From an uncultured Actinomycetes bacterium (lineage in GTDB: Bacteria; Actinomycetota; Actinomycetes; S36-B12; CAIYMF01): a DNA stretch of 64,000 nt. Positions 44,026 through 55,475 of the stretch are shown here, in pieces. The notes beneath the pieces are model-generated. The model worked only from the letters and a program-made list of their open reading frames with translations, had not been told where the DNA came from and did no database searches. The stretch spans positions 22,719-86,718 of the forward strand of contig CAVTOX010000016.1 in the NCBI GenBank assembly GCA_963736425.1, written 5' to 3'. Numbering within the stretch: the first letter of the stretch is position 1; the number at the start of each line of letters is the position of its first letter. The translations under genes were made by a program, and so were the position numbers.

Positions 44026-44963
44026 GGGACGAGGGTAGCTGGAGCCTGGCGGCCGAGCAGTCGCGCGGCGAGGCGGGCGTTCTCGTCGGCGAACTCCCGC
44101 CACTGCGGCGGCGTCACCTCGAGCTTGGCGACGGGTTCGCGGTCCACGAGCCGCTGGTGCCAGCGCTCCATCCGGCCGGCGCGTATCTCCAGGCTCACGA
44201 GCACGCCGTCGTGCCAGCCGTGGACGTCAGCCCGGACCGGCTCGGTGGTCGTCACCCGTTGCGTGGCGGTGGCCCAGTCGATCACGTCCAGCTCGTCGGT
44301 GATCTGGCGCGCGAGCTCGAACGCGAGGCCGTCCACGGCGCGATCCCGGGCCCGAAGGAGTCCCTCCCGCCACTCGTCGATGGCGGGATCACGAGCCTCG
44401 AGGGCATCCACGATCGATTCCACGAAGCGAGTCGCGGTCCCCGGGTCCGACCCCACGGCTCGCGGCCATGTCTCGCTCGGAGCGGGCTCAGCCCCTCGCC
44501 GGTCGCCGCCACGGGCCACACCCGGGACAGGCCGGAACGCACGAGGCGCGCGCGATCTGCACCCAGGAACGGGCCGAGGTTCATGACGGACGGGTCAGCC
44601 GCGTGGGCCAGTCGGAGTGCGGGCGCGCGGGGACCCGGGTCGAGCACGAGCCAGACGGGCACCTCCTGGCCGCCGCGGGCACGATTCCAGCGCAGGAGCC
44701 CCCGTTCGAGGAGGTTGCGCTCGAGCCAGGTGGCCTCATGGACCGACGCGCACACGAGGGCCTCGACCGCGGAGATCTGCGGCAACCATGCGGCGCAGGT
44801 GCGCCCGACCCTTCAGGCTGCCCCAGTAGGACGCTGTGCGCGTCCGCAGGCTGCTGGCCCGGCCGATGTACATGGCCACGCCGCGCTGGTCGCGGAACCG
44901 ATAGACGCCCGGGCTGGCGGGCAGCAGGTCGCAGGTGGCTCGCACTGCGTCCGCCCCGGCCAT
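44022..44963 (-). pseudogene. UvrC N-terminal-half homologue (Cho-like GIY-YIG nuclease), two compensating frameshifts (about 44785 and about 44490)
   Basis: GIY-YIG motif PGVYRFRDQRGVAMYIGRASSLRTRTASY is in ORF 44736..45101. VEALVCASVHEATWLERNLLERGLLRWN...NLGPFLG is in ORF 44282..44785. The C-terminus is in ORF 44022..44519. Total about 314 codons. Confidence 0.7.
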
Positions 44964-45022
44964 GCAGGGCAGTATCGTCCAGGTCTTCCGGCACTGGTGC
45001 GCAGCCACGCGCAGCGGGCAGC

Positions 45023-46436
45023 ATGGCCGCCATGAATGACGGCGCGGACCGACTCCACGCCATCGACCTCGTCTGGCTGGAGATGCAGGGCGACGGGCCA
45101 CCGATCGCGATCGGCACGATCGCGGTGGCGCAGGGCGACGCGCCGACGGATGACGAGTTGCTCTCGATGGTCGCCGACCGACTTGATCGGATGCCCCGCC
45201 TGCATCAGCACCTGACCGATCTGGGTATCGGCCTGCGCCGACCCGAGTGGGTGGAGGACCAGGGGGTGGACCTCGCGGCCCACCTGCACCGCCTTGACGC
45301 CTCGGCGGCTGGGGTCATCTCCGGGCTCGACGCTGCCGTCAGCCACATCATGGAGCAGCGCCTGCCACCGGATCAGCCACTGTGGGACATGTGGGTCGTC
45401 GAGGGGCTGGAGGACCGATGGGCCCTGGTGTGGCGGGTGCACCACACGATCGCCGATGGGGTCGGTGCCTTGATCCTCCTCGGCCATGGATTCGACCGGG
45501 AGCCCGACGGGGGCCAGACCCTCGCCGACGCCATCCTGGCGGGGCCGGTACCGCGAGCAGCCGAAGGTGACGAGACTCCTCGCCCGGAGGTCGTCACCGG
45601 CACGGGCCCACACCCCCTGACGCGCGCCGCCGACCTCGGGCATGACCTTGGCCATGCGCTCGGCGCCCTGCGAGGGGCAGTTCCCCATGTCATCCCGGCC
45701 GCGTCCGCGCTGATACCTCGTCCGCCGAGTCCGCTGGCCGGCCCCGTCGGCCCACGCCGCGTCTGGGTCTCGGTCGACATCCCCCTGACGCAGGTCAAGT
45801 CGACGGGGCGGTGCCCTCGGGGCGACCGTCAACGACGTCGTGCTGGCGTGCGTCACCGGGGGATTCCGGGACCTGCTGGTCCATCGTGGGGAGCCCGTTG
45901 AGGGCCGAGTGGTGCGCAACCTCGTCCCGGTGTCGATGCGCCCGCCGGGTGACGACAGCCCGCAGAATCGGATCAGCGGGGTCCTGGGCCACCTGCCGGT
46001 CGGGATCGCTGACCCGGTGGACAGGCTCGCAGCGGTGAGAGCGGGTGTCGCCCATGGCCGGGAGGTGGGCACCCCTGCGCTCGCGTCGGCGTTGTTGGGG
46101 CTCGTCGACCGTGCCGTTCCCGCCGCCGTGCAGGACGTGGCTGTCGCGGCGGTCGGTCGCAGTGCGCCCGCATGGTTCATGGACACCCTGACGACCAACG
46201 TGCCCGGTCCGCAGTTCCCGGTGTACCTGTGCGGACGGCATGTGCTGGCCATGTATCCGCTCATCCCTGTGGCCGGGCACACCTGCATCACCACCGGAAT
46301 CTTCAGCTACGACGGCACGCTGAACATCGGCGTGACGGGAGACGCCGATCAGGCCGGCGATGTCGAGGTCCTGGCTCGCGGGATCAGCCGCGCGGCAGTG
46401 GAACTGGGCGAACGCGCGAACCTTCCTGAGCCCTGA
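45023..46436 (+). pseudogene. wax ester synthase/diacylglycerol acyltransferase (WS/DGAT), frameshift at about 45812
   Basis: Active-site HHTIADG in ORF 44468..45901. After VKSTGR the sequence continues as ALGATVNDVVLACVTGGFRDLL...NVPGPQFPVYLCG in ORF 45840..46436. Confidence 0.85.
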
Positions 46437-46438
46437 CC

Positions 46439-48003
46439 TCAGGCGGCGTGGGTGTGTTTCTGGTGGAGGTGGAGGTCGTCGGGTTCGGGCCAGGTGTCGC
46501 GGGTGGTGCCCAGGGGGCTGGTCCAGCGCAGTCCGGAGTGGGGTAGGGGTTCGACGGTCCAGTCCGTCGTCGTGCTTGAGCCGGTGATGCCGTCGGCAGA
46601 GGGCGTGGAGGTTCTCCGCGCTGGTTGGGCCCTGCGGGAAAGGGGATGAGGTGGTCGAGGTCGCATTCCCGGGCGGGACGGTGCAGCCGGGGAACCGGCA
46701 GGTGACGTCGCGGGTGCGCACGTGCCGGTCCAGGGCGGCGGGTGGTCGGTAGGACCAGGTGCCGACGTCGAGGACCGCACCGGTGGCCCGGTCGGTGAGG
46801 ATGTGGCGCCAGCGGGTGTCGCCGGCGGCCAGGCGCCGGACCAGGTCCGCGGGCAGGACCCCGAACCCGGACAGCGTCCCGGGGGTGTCGGACAGCCCGG
46901 CGAGGCTGTCGATCGGGATGGTCACGTTGATCTGGGTGGTGACGGTGACCCGACCCCGACCGTCGCCTGACCCGGCCGCAGCGAGCCGCCGCCGTCCGGA
47001 CCGCGCCCTGCCGGTCGCGGACCGGGGATCCCGCTCCGGGGCTGAGGATCAGGTCGACCAGGGCGTCGGCCATCCGCAGGTCGAACGGGCGTCGCCCGGC
47101 CTGCGCCGCGAACCCGCGCCCGGGATCACCGCAGTCCGAGGCACCGTCGCTGGCCCGGCTGCGGGTGGCCCGCGCCAGCACCCCCGTCGGCCCCGGGAGC
47201 GGCACCCGCGGTGTCGGTGCGTTGGGCGGCCAGGGCCACGGCCCGGATCGCGGCGTAGACCTGTTCGGCGTGGGTGGAGTCCAGCCGGGCGGTCAGGTCC
47301 GCGGTGCCATCCCCGCGGTGGTCGATCCAGACCCCCCGTTCGGCCAGCGCCCGACGCCGCCGGGTCACCACCGCGCCCGGGTCGATCGCCGCGAGCAGTC
47401 GTTTGAGGTGCCGGTCCAGCTGCCCGGCGGTGTGCTCGGCGGCGTAGGCCAGGCCGGAGGCCAGGATCCGTTCGACAGTCCGCCGTCGTACCCGGGGCGC
47501 TGCTGGTCCTCGGCGTCCAGGCGGGGCACCAGGTAAAGGGCCCGGGCCAGGATCCCGGCCTTCGTCACATCCAGGCGCCCGGCCCACAGCGCGGCCCACA
47601 CCTGGGGTTGGTGGGTCAGCAGCAGCGACTGCTCCCGCAGGAACAGCCCCGAGCGCCGGGACCGGCCCAGGGCCATCATCAGCACGTCCACGACCTGATC
47701 ACCGACCACCCCCGCAGGGGTGTCCTCCGCGACCGCGTGCACCGCCGCCGCCCGCAACGCCGTGACCTGACCCGAGGACCACCTCCACCGCCTCCAGGAC
47801 ATCGACCGACGCCCCGAACGCCGCATACCCCGCCGGCGGCGCCCCCGGCGCGATGAGCCCGAATCAGCGAGATCAGCCCCTCGACCCCGACCCCGCCCGG
47901 GTCCACCAGCGACCCCGTCGTCGCCACGCACCGCCACACACACCTCAAGCACCACAACCCCCATCCGCCACCCGAACATCAAGTCGAACACCTGTACGAA
48001 CAC
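46439..48003 (-). pseudogene. DUF222-HNH endonuclease (13E12-repeat-like family), fragmented over all three frames (at least 7 frame changes)
   Basis: - DUF222 pieces: GLISLIRAHR, ALRAAAVHAVAEDTPAG...LDVTKAGILA, ERILASGLAYAAEHTAGQLDRHLKRLLAAIDP, RRPFDLRMADALVDL.
- HNH pieces: CRFPGCTVP / ECDLDHLIPFP / GPTSAENLHALCRRHHRLKH / WTVEPLPHSGLRWTSPLG.
- These are spread over ORFs 47365..48084, 47679..47957, 47126..47599, 46384..47205, 45795..46925 and 46439..46780. Confidence 0.75.
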
Positions 48004-48142
48004 TAACCCACCCCACCGACAACGCGAGGTTGTCGTCCACAGGGATCGACTGGTGCCGGGCGGACCGGCAGGAGCAGTGCCCACGGCCGAATCGCCGACC
48101 TGCGAGCCCCGAGCCGAGCACCCGGGCCACTACGATTCCCGC

Positions 48143-48596
48143 ATGGCCACCAGCACCGCTGCCACGGTTCAGGAGTACCTCGACGAACTGCCTGAGGATC
48201 GCGCCGCCGTGGTCGCCCACGTCCGGGACCTGGTCAACGCCAGCCTTCCCGTCGGGGTATGTGGAGGGCATGCTCTACGGGATGATCACGTGGATGGTCC
48301 CGCTCGAGACCTACCCCGACACCTACAACGGCAAGCCGCTGGCCTACGTCTCGCTGGCCGCGCAGAAGAACTACTACTCGCTCTACCTCATGGCCGTGTA
48401 CGCCGACTCCGCGGAGGAGTCGCGGCTCCGCGAGCAGTGGGCCGCGCGCGGCACGAAGCTGGACATGGGCAAGAGCTGCCTGCGCTTCAAGCGCGTCGAT
48501 GACCTGCACGAGGACCTCGTCGCCGAGGTCGTCGCCGCGGTGCCCATGGACGAGTACGTGGACAAGGCGAAGGCGGCGCGCTCCGGCAGGCGGTGA
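48143..48596 (+). pseudogene. DUF1801 (YdhG-like) domain protein, frameshift in the GGGG run at 48254-48257
   Basis: MATSTAATVQEYLDELPEDRAAVVAHVRDLVNASLPVG is in ORF 48053..48502. It continues as YVEGMLYGMITWMVPLETYPDTYNGKPL...LRFKRVDDL in ORF 47853..48596. Confidence 0.75.
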
Positions 48597-48610
48597 GCGG
48601 GGATTGCTGG

Positions 48611-49459
48611 TCACGCCGACGTGCGTGCCGCCAAGCGGTCGAGCGCCGCGCGCACCGCACCGGGGCGCTCGTGCCAGATGAAGTGCCCAGCCCCCTCGAC
48701 GACCTCCAGCTCGGCGTCGGGCAGGAGGTCCGACACATGCCGAACTCTCGATGACGGGCATTGGGCTGCCCGCCCCCGTGCACGAAGGTGAAGGGCACCT
48801 CGATCCCCGGCAGGCGTGCGGCGAGCCCGGGTTGGACCTCGATGATCGACGCCCAGGTCGCAATGTGCGACGCACGCCCGATCCTCGTCTCAGGCATCGC
48901 AGGGGCCGTTGCAGGCTCCGCGAAGTACCCCGACCACACGAAACGCGAGCATGTCGAGGGTCTCCTCGGCCGTCACGTCCTCGTCGGGGATCGCCAGCAG
49001 CTCGTCGTACCGTGGTCGGTCCTCCGGGCGGATGCTTGCCTCCAGGTTCTCGCCGAACGTCGGCCAGGTGGACTGGTCGGCGGCGCCGAGAGGGTCGACG
49101 CCATCGCGCCCCGTATCCGGTCGGGCAACTCGTCGGCAGCAGCGACGACGAGGAAGCCTCCCCACGAGTGCCCGACGACGAACGCTCGGTCCCAGCCGAG
49201 TGAGTCCAGGACGGATTCGACGTCGCGCACATGCTGGTCGACTCCGTGTGGTCCCGACTCGGTCGAGGGCGAGATGCCCGCGCTGCTGGTACCAGGCGAC
49301 CCGGTAGCCGGTGACGAGCTCGTCGACCAGGGGCTCGAGGAAGGCCACGGATCGATGCGCCGGCCCCCCATGGAGCAGCAGCACGGGCGGACCCTCACCG
49401 GCAACCCAGCCGATGAGGTCGCCACCCTCCACGGGCACCCGAAGGTCGGTTCGCTGCAT
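48611..49459 (-). pseudogene. alpha/beta hydrolase (proline-iminopeptidase-like), five frame changes
   Basis: The ordered pieces are: MQRTDLRVPVEGG...PPVLLLHGGPA; VVGHSWGGFLVVAAA (nucleophile elbow); DPLGAADQSTWPTF...; IEVPFTFVHGGG; SPMPVIESSA; VSDLLPDAELEVVEGAGHFIWHERPGAV...*. They alternate among three frames. Confidence 0.75.
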
Positions 49460-49507
49460 CCGCCGGACGGTAGCAGCGAGCGGCTCCTGGGGCTCGCTGG
49501 CGCCTCC

Positions 49508-49993
49508 TCACAGCTCCCGCTCGAGCGCGACCCGGTGCTGGCCGGGGCCGGCGTGGTCGGACATCACAGGAGCCTGAGCTGGCGGCTCGCCAGTGCCCTT
49601 GGCGGTGAAGCCCAAACGGGTGTGGAACGCCAGCGAACCGGTGTTCTCCGGGATGGTCACCGCCTCCACCCGACGGCAGCTTCGCTCCCGCAGGAGGGCG
49701 AACACCCGCTCGTACAGCTGCCGGGCCAGGCCGTGACCACGCACCTCCGGGCTCACCCAGACGAAGTGGATGTACCCGGTGTCCGGGAGGGTCTGGGAGA
49801 CGAAGGCGATGATGAACCCGGCCATCCCGCCCTCGGCATCCTCGACGATCAGCGACGTGTCGGAGAAGTGCGAGAAGAACAGTCGTGGCAGGAGGGCGTG
49901 CATGTCTCGCCCGCCCGACCATGCCGAGAGGGTGGCGAGGACCGGCTCGTGGTCCCCCTCGACAAGGGGGCGCCAGGTGAGCTCACCTGTCAT
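49508..49993 (-). CDS. GNAT family N-acetyltransferase
   Basis: 161 aa with acetyl-CoA binding motif WVSPEVRGHGLARQLY. Intact. Confidence 0.85.
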   Translation of the reverse strand: MTGELTWRPLVEGDHEPVLATLSAWSGGRDMHALLPRLFFSHFSDTSLIVEDAEGGMAGFIIAFVSQTLPDTGYIHFVWVSPEVRGHGLARQLYERVFALLRERSCRRVEAVTIPENTGSLAFHTRLGFTAKGTGEPPAQAPVMSDHAGPGQHRVALEREL

Positions 49994-50043
49994 CGCGACT
50001 CCCCTCGGGACCCCCGGCGCCCACCGCCGGGTCTCCCTCGACG

Positions 50044-51677
50044 CTACTCACCCGCGGGCAGCAGCACCCCCGGGTTGAGGATCCCCTGCGGATCGAGGTG
50101 CGTCTTGACCGTGCGCAGCAGGTCGACGCCCAGCGGCCCGACCTCGGCCTCCAGCCAGGGGGCGTGGTCCGACCCGATCCCGTGGTGGTGGGTGATGGTC
50201 GCGCCGTGGGCCACGATCACCTCCGAGGCTGCCCGCTTGGCCCCACGCCACCGCCCGGCCTGGTCGGGGCCGGCCGACGCCAGGGCCGTGATGTACAGGC
50301 TCGCGCCCGTCTCGTACACGTGCGACACGTGCGCCATCACGTAGCTGTGTCCGAGCGACTCGGTCAGGGCGCCGGTCACCGACTCGCGCAAGCTCGGCCA
50401 GCTTCGCCCAGCTGGTGGCGGTCTCCAGGGTCTCGACGAGGTAGCCCTGATCCATGAGCGTGTCGCGCAGGTAGGGCCCCTCGAACCGGTGCCGCAGCCA
50501 CGACTCACCGGCGCCGCGACCCAGGGATGCCGCCCCGTGGCGGCGCAGGATGTCGAAGGCCATCGACCGCCGGGCGCGCACCTGACCGGCCGAGGTCCCG
50601 TCCCAGCCGACGATCGCCATGCATCCGTCGGTCACGCGTCGGACCTTGAGGTAGGCGTCCATGGCGCTGGCCGTGCGACCTGTCGGTCCACTCATGTGCA
50701 TCGTCGCGCGGGTCTCGGCGCAGGTCCGACAGGCGCATCACGTCCGGGCAGGCCCGGGTCTGGGCCAGCTCGCGGAACGCCTGCAGGCCAGCGTCGAGGT
50801 CGGGCAGCATGACCGCCTCGAACCATCGGGTCGAGGGCACCCGACGCACGCGCAGCGTGACCTCGGTGATGACGCCCAGGACTCCCTCGCTGCCCAGGAA
50901 CAGCGCGCGCAGGTCCGGCCCGGCGGCCGAGGAGGGCGCCCGTCCCAGCCGCAATGTCCCGCGGGGGGTCGCCACCACCATCGCCTCGACGGTCGCGTCG
51001 CTGCGGCCGTACCCGGTGGAGGACTGCCCGGCTGACCGGGTGGCGGCGTACCCGCCGATGCTCGCCCGCTCCCAGGACTGCGGGACGTGCCCCCAGGTGA
51101 GACCACGGGCGGCGAGCAGTCGCTCGAGCACCGGACCGGTCATCCCGGGCTGGACGCGGGCGGTGCACGAGACGACGTCGACGTCGAGCAGCTCGGCCAT
51201 CCGGTCGAAGCTGATCGCCACGACGCCCGACCGCGTGCCCGCATCGGGCCGGACCCCACCCACGACGCTCGTGCCCCCGCCGAAGGGGACCAGGGCGAAC
51301 CCGCCGGCCTCAGCGGCGGCGAGCAGGGCCGACCACCTGCTCGTGCGAGTCCGGGGAGACGACGGCATCGGGGACCTCGGGGCGCGTCGCGGAACGCCGC
51401 TCGAGCAGGTCGACGTACGACAGCCCGCCGGCATGGGCCAGCCGAGATTCGCGGTCGGTGTGCACGTGGGCCTCTCCGACTGCGCCGGTGAGTGCAGCCA
51501 GGGCCCGCGCCGTCGAGCCGCTGTCGGTCCCGGCTCGACCTGGGACAGGGGGACGGCCGGGGCCGGGGCCGGGGGGCCGAGCACGTCGGCCACGTACTGC
51601 GCCGCCCGGGGATCGAGGTCGTGCGAGGGGCCGGCGGCGCCCCAGCGGGCATATCGGTCTACCAGTGGTCCGATCAT
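50044..51677 (-). pseudogene. FAD-linked oxidase (alkyl-DHAP synthase-like / GlcD family), four frameshifts (about 51530, 51330, 50720, 50392)
   Basis: - PDAVVSPDSHEQVV is out of frame.
- ALLAAAEAGGFALVPFGGGTSVVGG...LFLGSEGVLGVITEVTL is in ORF 50505..51677.
- AETRATMHMSG...GWDGT...FEGPYLRD is in ORF 50048..50701.
- MAHVSHVYETGASLY...HHHGIGSDH...DPQGILNPG is in ORF 50044..50508. Confidence 0.8.
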
Positions 51678-51682
51678 GGTCC

Positions 51683-51773
51683 AGTGTTACATGAATGTCC
51701 GACTGTCACATGGGGGACGGGCGTTACCCACAGGATCGGGAGTAGAGTGACACTCATGGGGACAGTGTCACAT
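51683..51773. promoter_or_regulatory. four copies of an approximately 10-bp box (AGTGTCACAT) in the divergent FAD-oxidase/TetR intergenic region; candidate TetR operators
   Basis: The copies are AGTGTTACAT (51683-51692), ACTGTCACAT (51702-51711), inverted GAGTGACACT (51745-51754) and AGTGTCACAT (51764-51773). The last two form a perfect 8-bp palindrome, GTGACACT-N9-AGTGTCAC, that spans the TetR ATG at 51756. Confidence 0.45.
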
Positions 51774-52393
51774 CTCTCGAGTCGCTCCCACGGAGCCTCG
51801 GCATCGTCTGATCCGGTGCTCCGCGCCGCCTACGAAGGGGTCCTCGAGATCGGCCTGGGTCGCCTGACCCTGGCCGAGGTGGCGCGCCGGGCAGAGGTGT
51901 CCCGGATGACGGTCTACCGTCGCTACGACGACCTTGACCGGCTCATCAACGCCCTTCTGGTCGTGGAGTTCGGGGCCGTGATCGCCGAGGCCTCCGAGCG
52001 CGCCGGGCGCGAGGCCACGGCCCGGGGGCGTCTGTCCCGGGAGGTCATCCACGTCACGCGGCGCACGGCGGAGCATCCCCTCATGCGCCGGATCCTCGAA
52101 CTCGACCCGGAGATGCTCATGCCGCTGGTGGTCGACCGACTCGGCAGCTCCCACCGGATCGCGCTGGACCGCCTGCGCGTACTTCTCGCCGCTGGGCAGG
52201 CAGACGGCTCCATCGCCTCCGGTGACGTCGAGGCCATGGCCCTGCAGGTCATGAGCATGTCGGCGATCCATGTCTTCTCCGCCCGCGCCTACGACTCGGT
52301 CGACCCGCGTGGGCGCCGCTGGCCGGAGCTGGAACGCGCCCTCGACGGCTACCTGCGCCCTTCTCCTCAGGAGAGCCCTGACGGAGGCCCCCG

Positions 52394-52397
<4 letters not shown>
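51756..52397 (+). CDS. TetR/AcrR family transcriptional regulator
   Basis: HTH region LTLAEVARRAEVSRMTVYRRYDD. The stop overlaps the glpD start (ATGA 52394-52397). Confidence 0.85.
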
Positions 52398-53995
<1,598 letters not shown>

Positions 53996-54096
53996 GAGCC
54001 CGCACCCGTGGGTCCGCGGGTGCCCCGACGCGCCCGCATATGCTCAGTGCCAGGTGCGGTGCGGGACGCTGCGAGGCGATCGGGGAGGAACTGGCG

Positions 54097-55455
54097 ATGG
54101 TAGGAACAGGTGACGCCACCGAGCAGGGTTCCGTGGACCGCGGACGTCGGCCCGCGGCGATCCTGGCCCTGGTGATGGGCGCACTGGCGCTGCTGGCGGT
54201 CCTGGCGTTCACCCTGAACTCCCTCGCGCATCTCGTGGTGGCCCTCATCGGCGCGGGTGTCGCTGTCACCGGCGGCTGGTACGTGGTCGCCAACCGGGGG
54301 ACCGCCCGCCTCGTGGGCGGGGTCGTCGCGGCACTCGGCCTCGTGCTGCTCGTCGGGGCGTTCGTGAACACCGGGCGCTCGCTCTGGGCGCTGCTCCTGG
54401 CTGTAGCACTGGGCGCGGCATCGGTCTTCTTCGCCCGCCGCGCCACGCACCGACACGTGGCAGCAGTCGTGGCCGCCGACCTGGCGACTCCCCGACCCCC
54501 GGCGCAGCACCCGGTCCTGATCATGAACCCGAAGTCCGGCGGCGGGAAGGTGGAGGAGTTCAACCTCGTCGACGAGTGCCTGGCCCGCGGGATCGAGGCG
54601 GTGGTCCTCTCGTTGGGCGACGACCTGGTCCAGCTCGCCGAGGATGCGGTGGCCCGCGGCGCCGACGTGATCGGCATGGCCGGCGGTGACGGCTCCCAGG
54701 CCCTGGTCGCCACCGTTGCGATGAAGCACGGGCTCCCGCACGTCGTGGTCCCCGCTGGCACGCGCAACCACCTGGCGCTGGACCTGGGACTCGACCGCGA
54801 CGACGTGGTCGGTGCCCTGGATGCGTTCCACGCCGGTATCCCTCGGACCATCGACCTGGCCACCGTCAATGGCCGGATCTTCGTCAACAACGCCTCGTTG
54901 GGGCTCTACGCCGAGATCGTGGCGTCCGATTCCTACCGCGATGCCAAGCTGCGCACCACGCTGGACGCTCTTCCGGACCTCCTGGGCGACAACGCCGACG
55001 CCCTCGACCTGCACTTCGTGGACGACCTCGGTGAGGTCCACCACACTGCCGACGTCGTCCTGGTGTCCAACAACCCGTATGTCCTTGACTCCCTCGGGGG
55101 TGTCGGGACGCGCGCGCGGATGGACACCGGCGAGCTCGGCGTGGTCTCGCTGACCATCACCTCGGCGACCGACGCACGCCGGTTCCTCGCCCTGGAGACC
55201 GCTGGCCAGGTCAGGCGATTCCCCGGCTGGCAGGAGTGGAGCACGCCCCGGTTCGAGATCACCTCCGGCGGGCCGGTTCAGGTGGGGCTCGATGGCGAGG
55301 CCCTCAGCATGGACGCCCCCGTCGTGTTCGAGATCCTCCCGGCCGCGCTGACGGTGCTGCTGCCACCGCAGGCGCCGGGACGCTCCCCTGCGGCCAGGAA
55401 GATGTCGGCCAACACCCCCCAGGAGCTGTGGAACCTGGCGTTGGGCCGCAGCTGA
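54097..55455 (+). CDS. diacylglycerol kinase-family lipid kinase with an N-terminal 4-TM extension
   Basis: DAGK catalytic domain (VLIMNPKSGGGK, GMAGGDGSQALVA, PAGTRNHLALDLG) preceded by about 125 aa with four hydrophobic helices. GGGGAGGA lies before ATG 54097. Confidence 0.85.
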   Translation: MVGTGDATEQGSVDRGRRPAAILALVMGALALLAVLAFTLNSLAHLVVALIGAGVAVTGGWYVVANRGTARLVGGVVAALGLVLLVGAFVNTGRSLWALLLAVALGAASVFFARRATHRHVAAVVAADLATPRPPAQHPVLIMNPKSGGGKVEEFNLVDECLARGIEAVVLSLGDDLVQLAEDAVARGADVIGMAGGDGSQALVATVAMKHGLPHVVVPAGTRNHLALDLGLDRDDVVGALDAFHAGIPRTIDLATVNGRIFVNNASLGLYAEIVASDSYRDAKLRTTLDALPDLLGDNADALDLHFVDDLGEVHHTADVVLVSNNPYVLDSLGGVGTRARMDTGELGVVSLTITSATDARRFLALETAGQVRRFPGWQEWSTPRFEITSGGPVQVGLDGEALSMDAPVVFEILPAALTVLLPPQAPGRSPAARKMSANTPQELWNLALGRS

Positions 55456-55475
55456 GGCACTCCGGGAGACAGGCC

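Noticed and set aside
45795-48143. A prophage, genomic island or IS element around the HNH gene.
   Set aside because: No integrase, transposase, tRNA target, terminal inverted repeats or flanking direct repeats are visible. Only a single DUF222-HNH gene is present.
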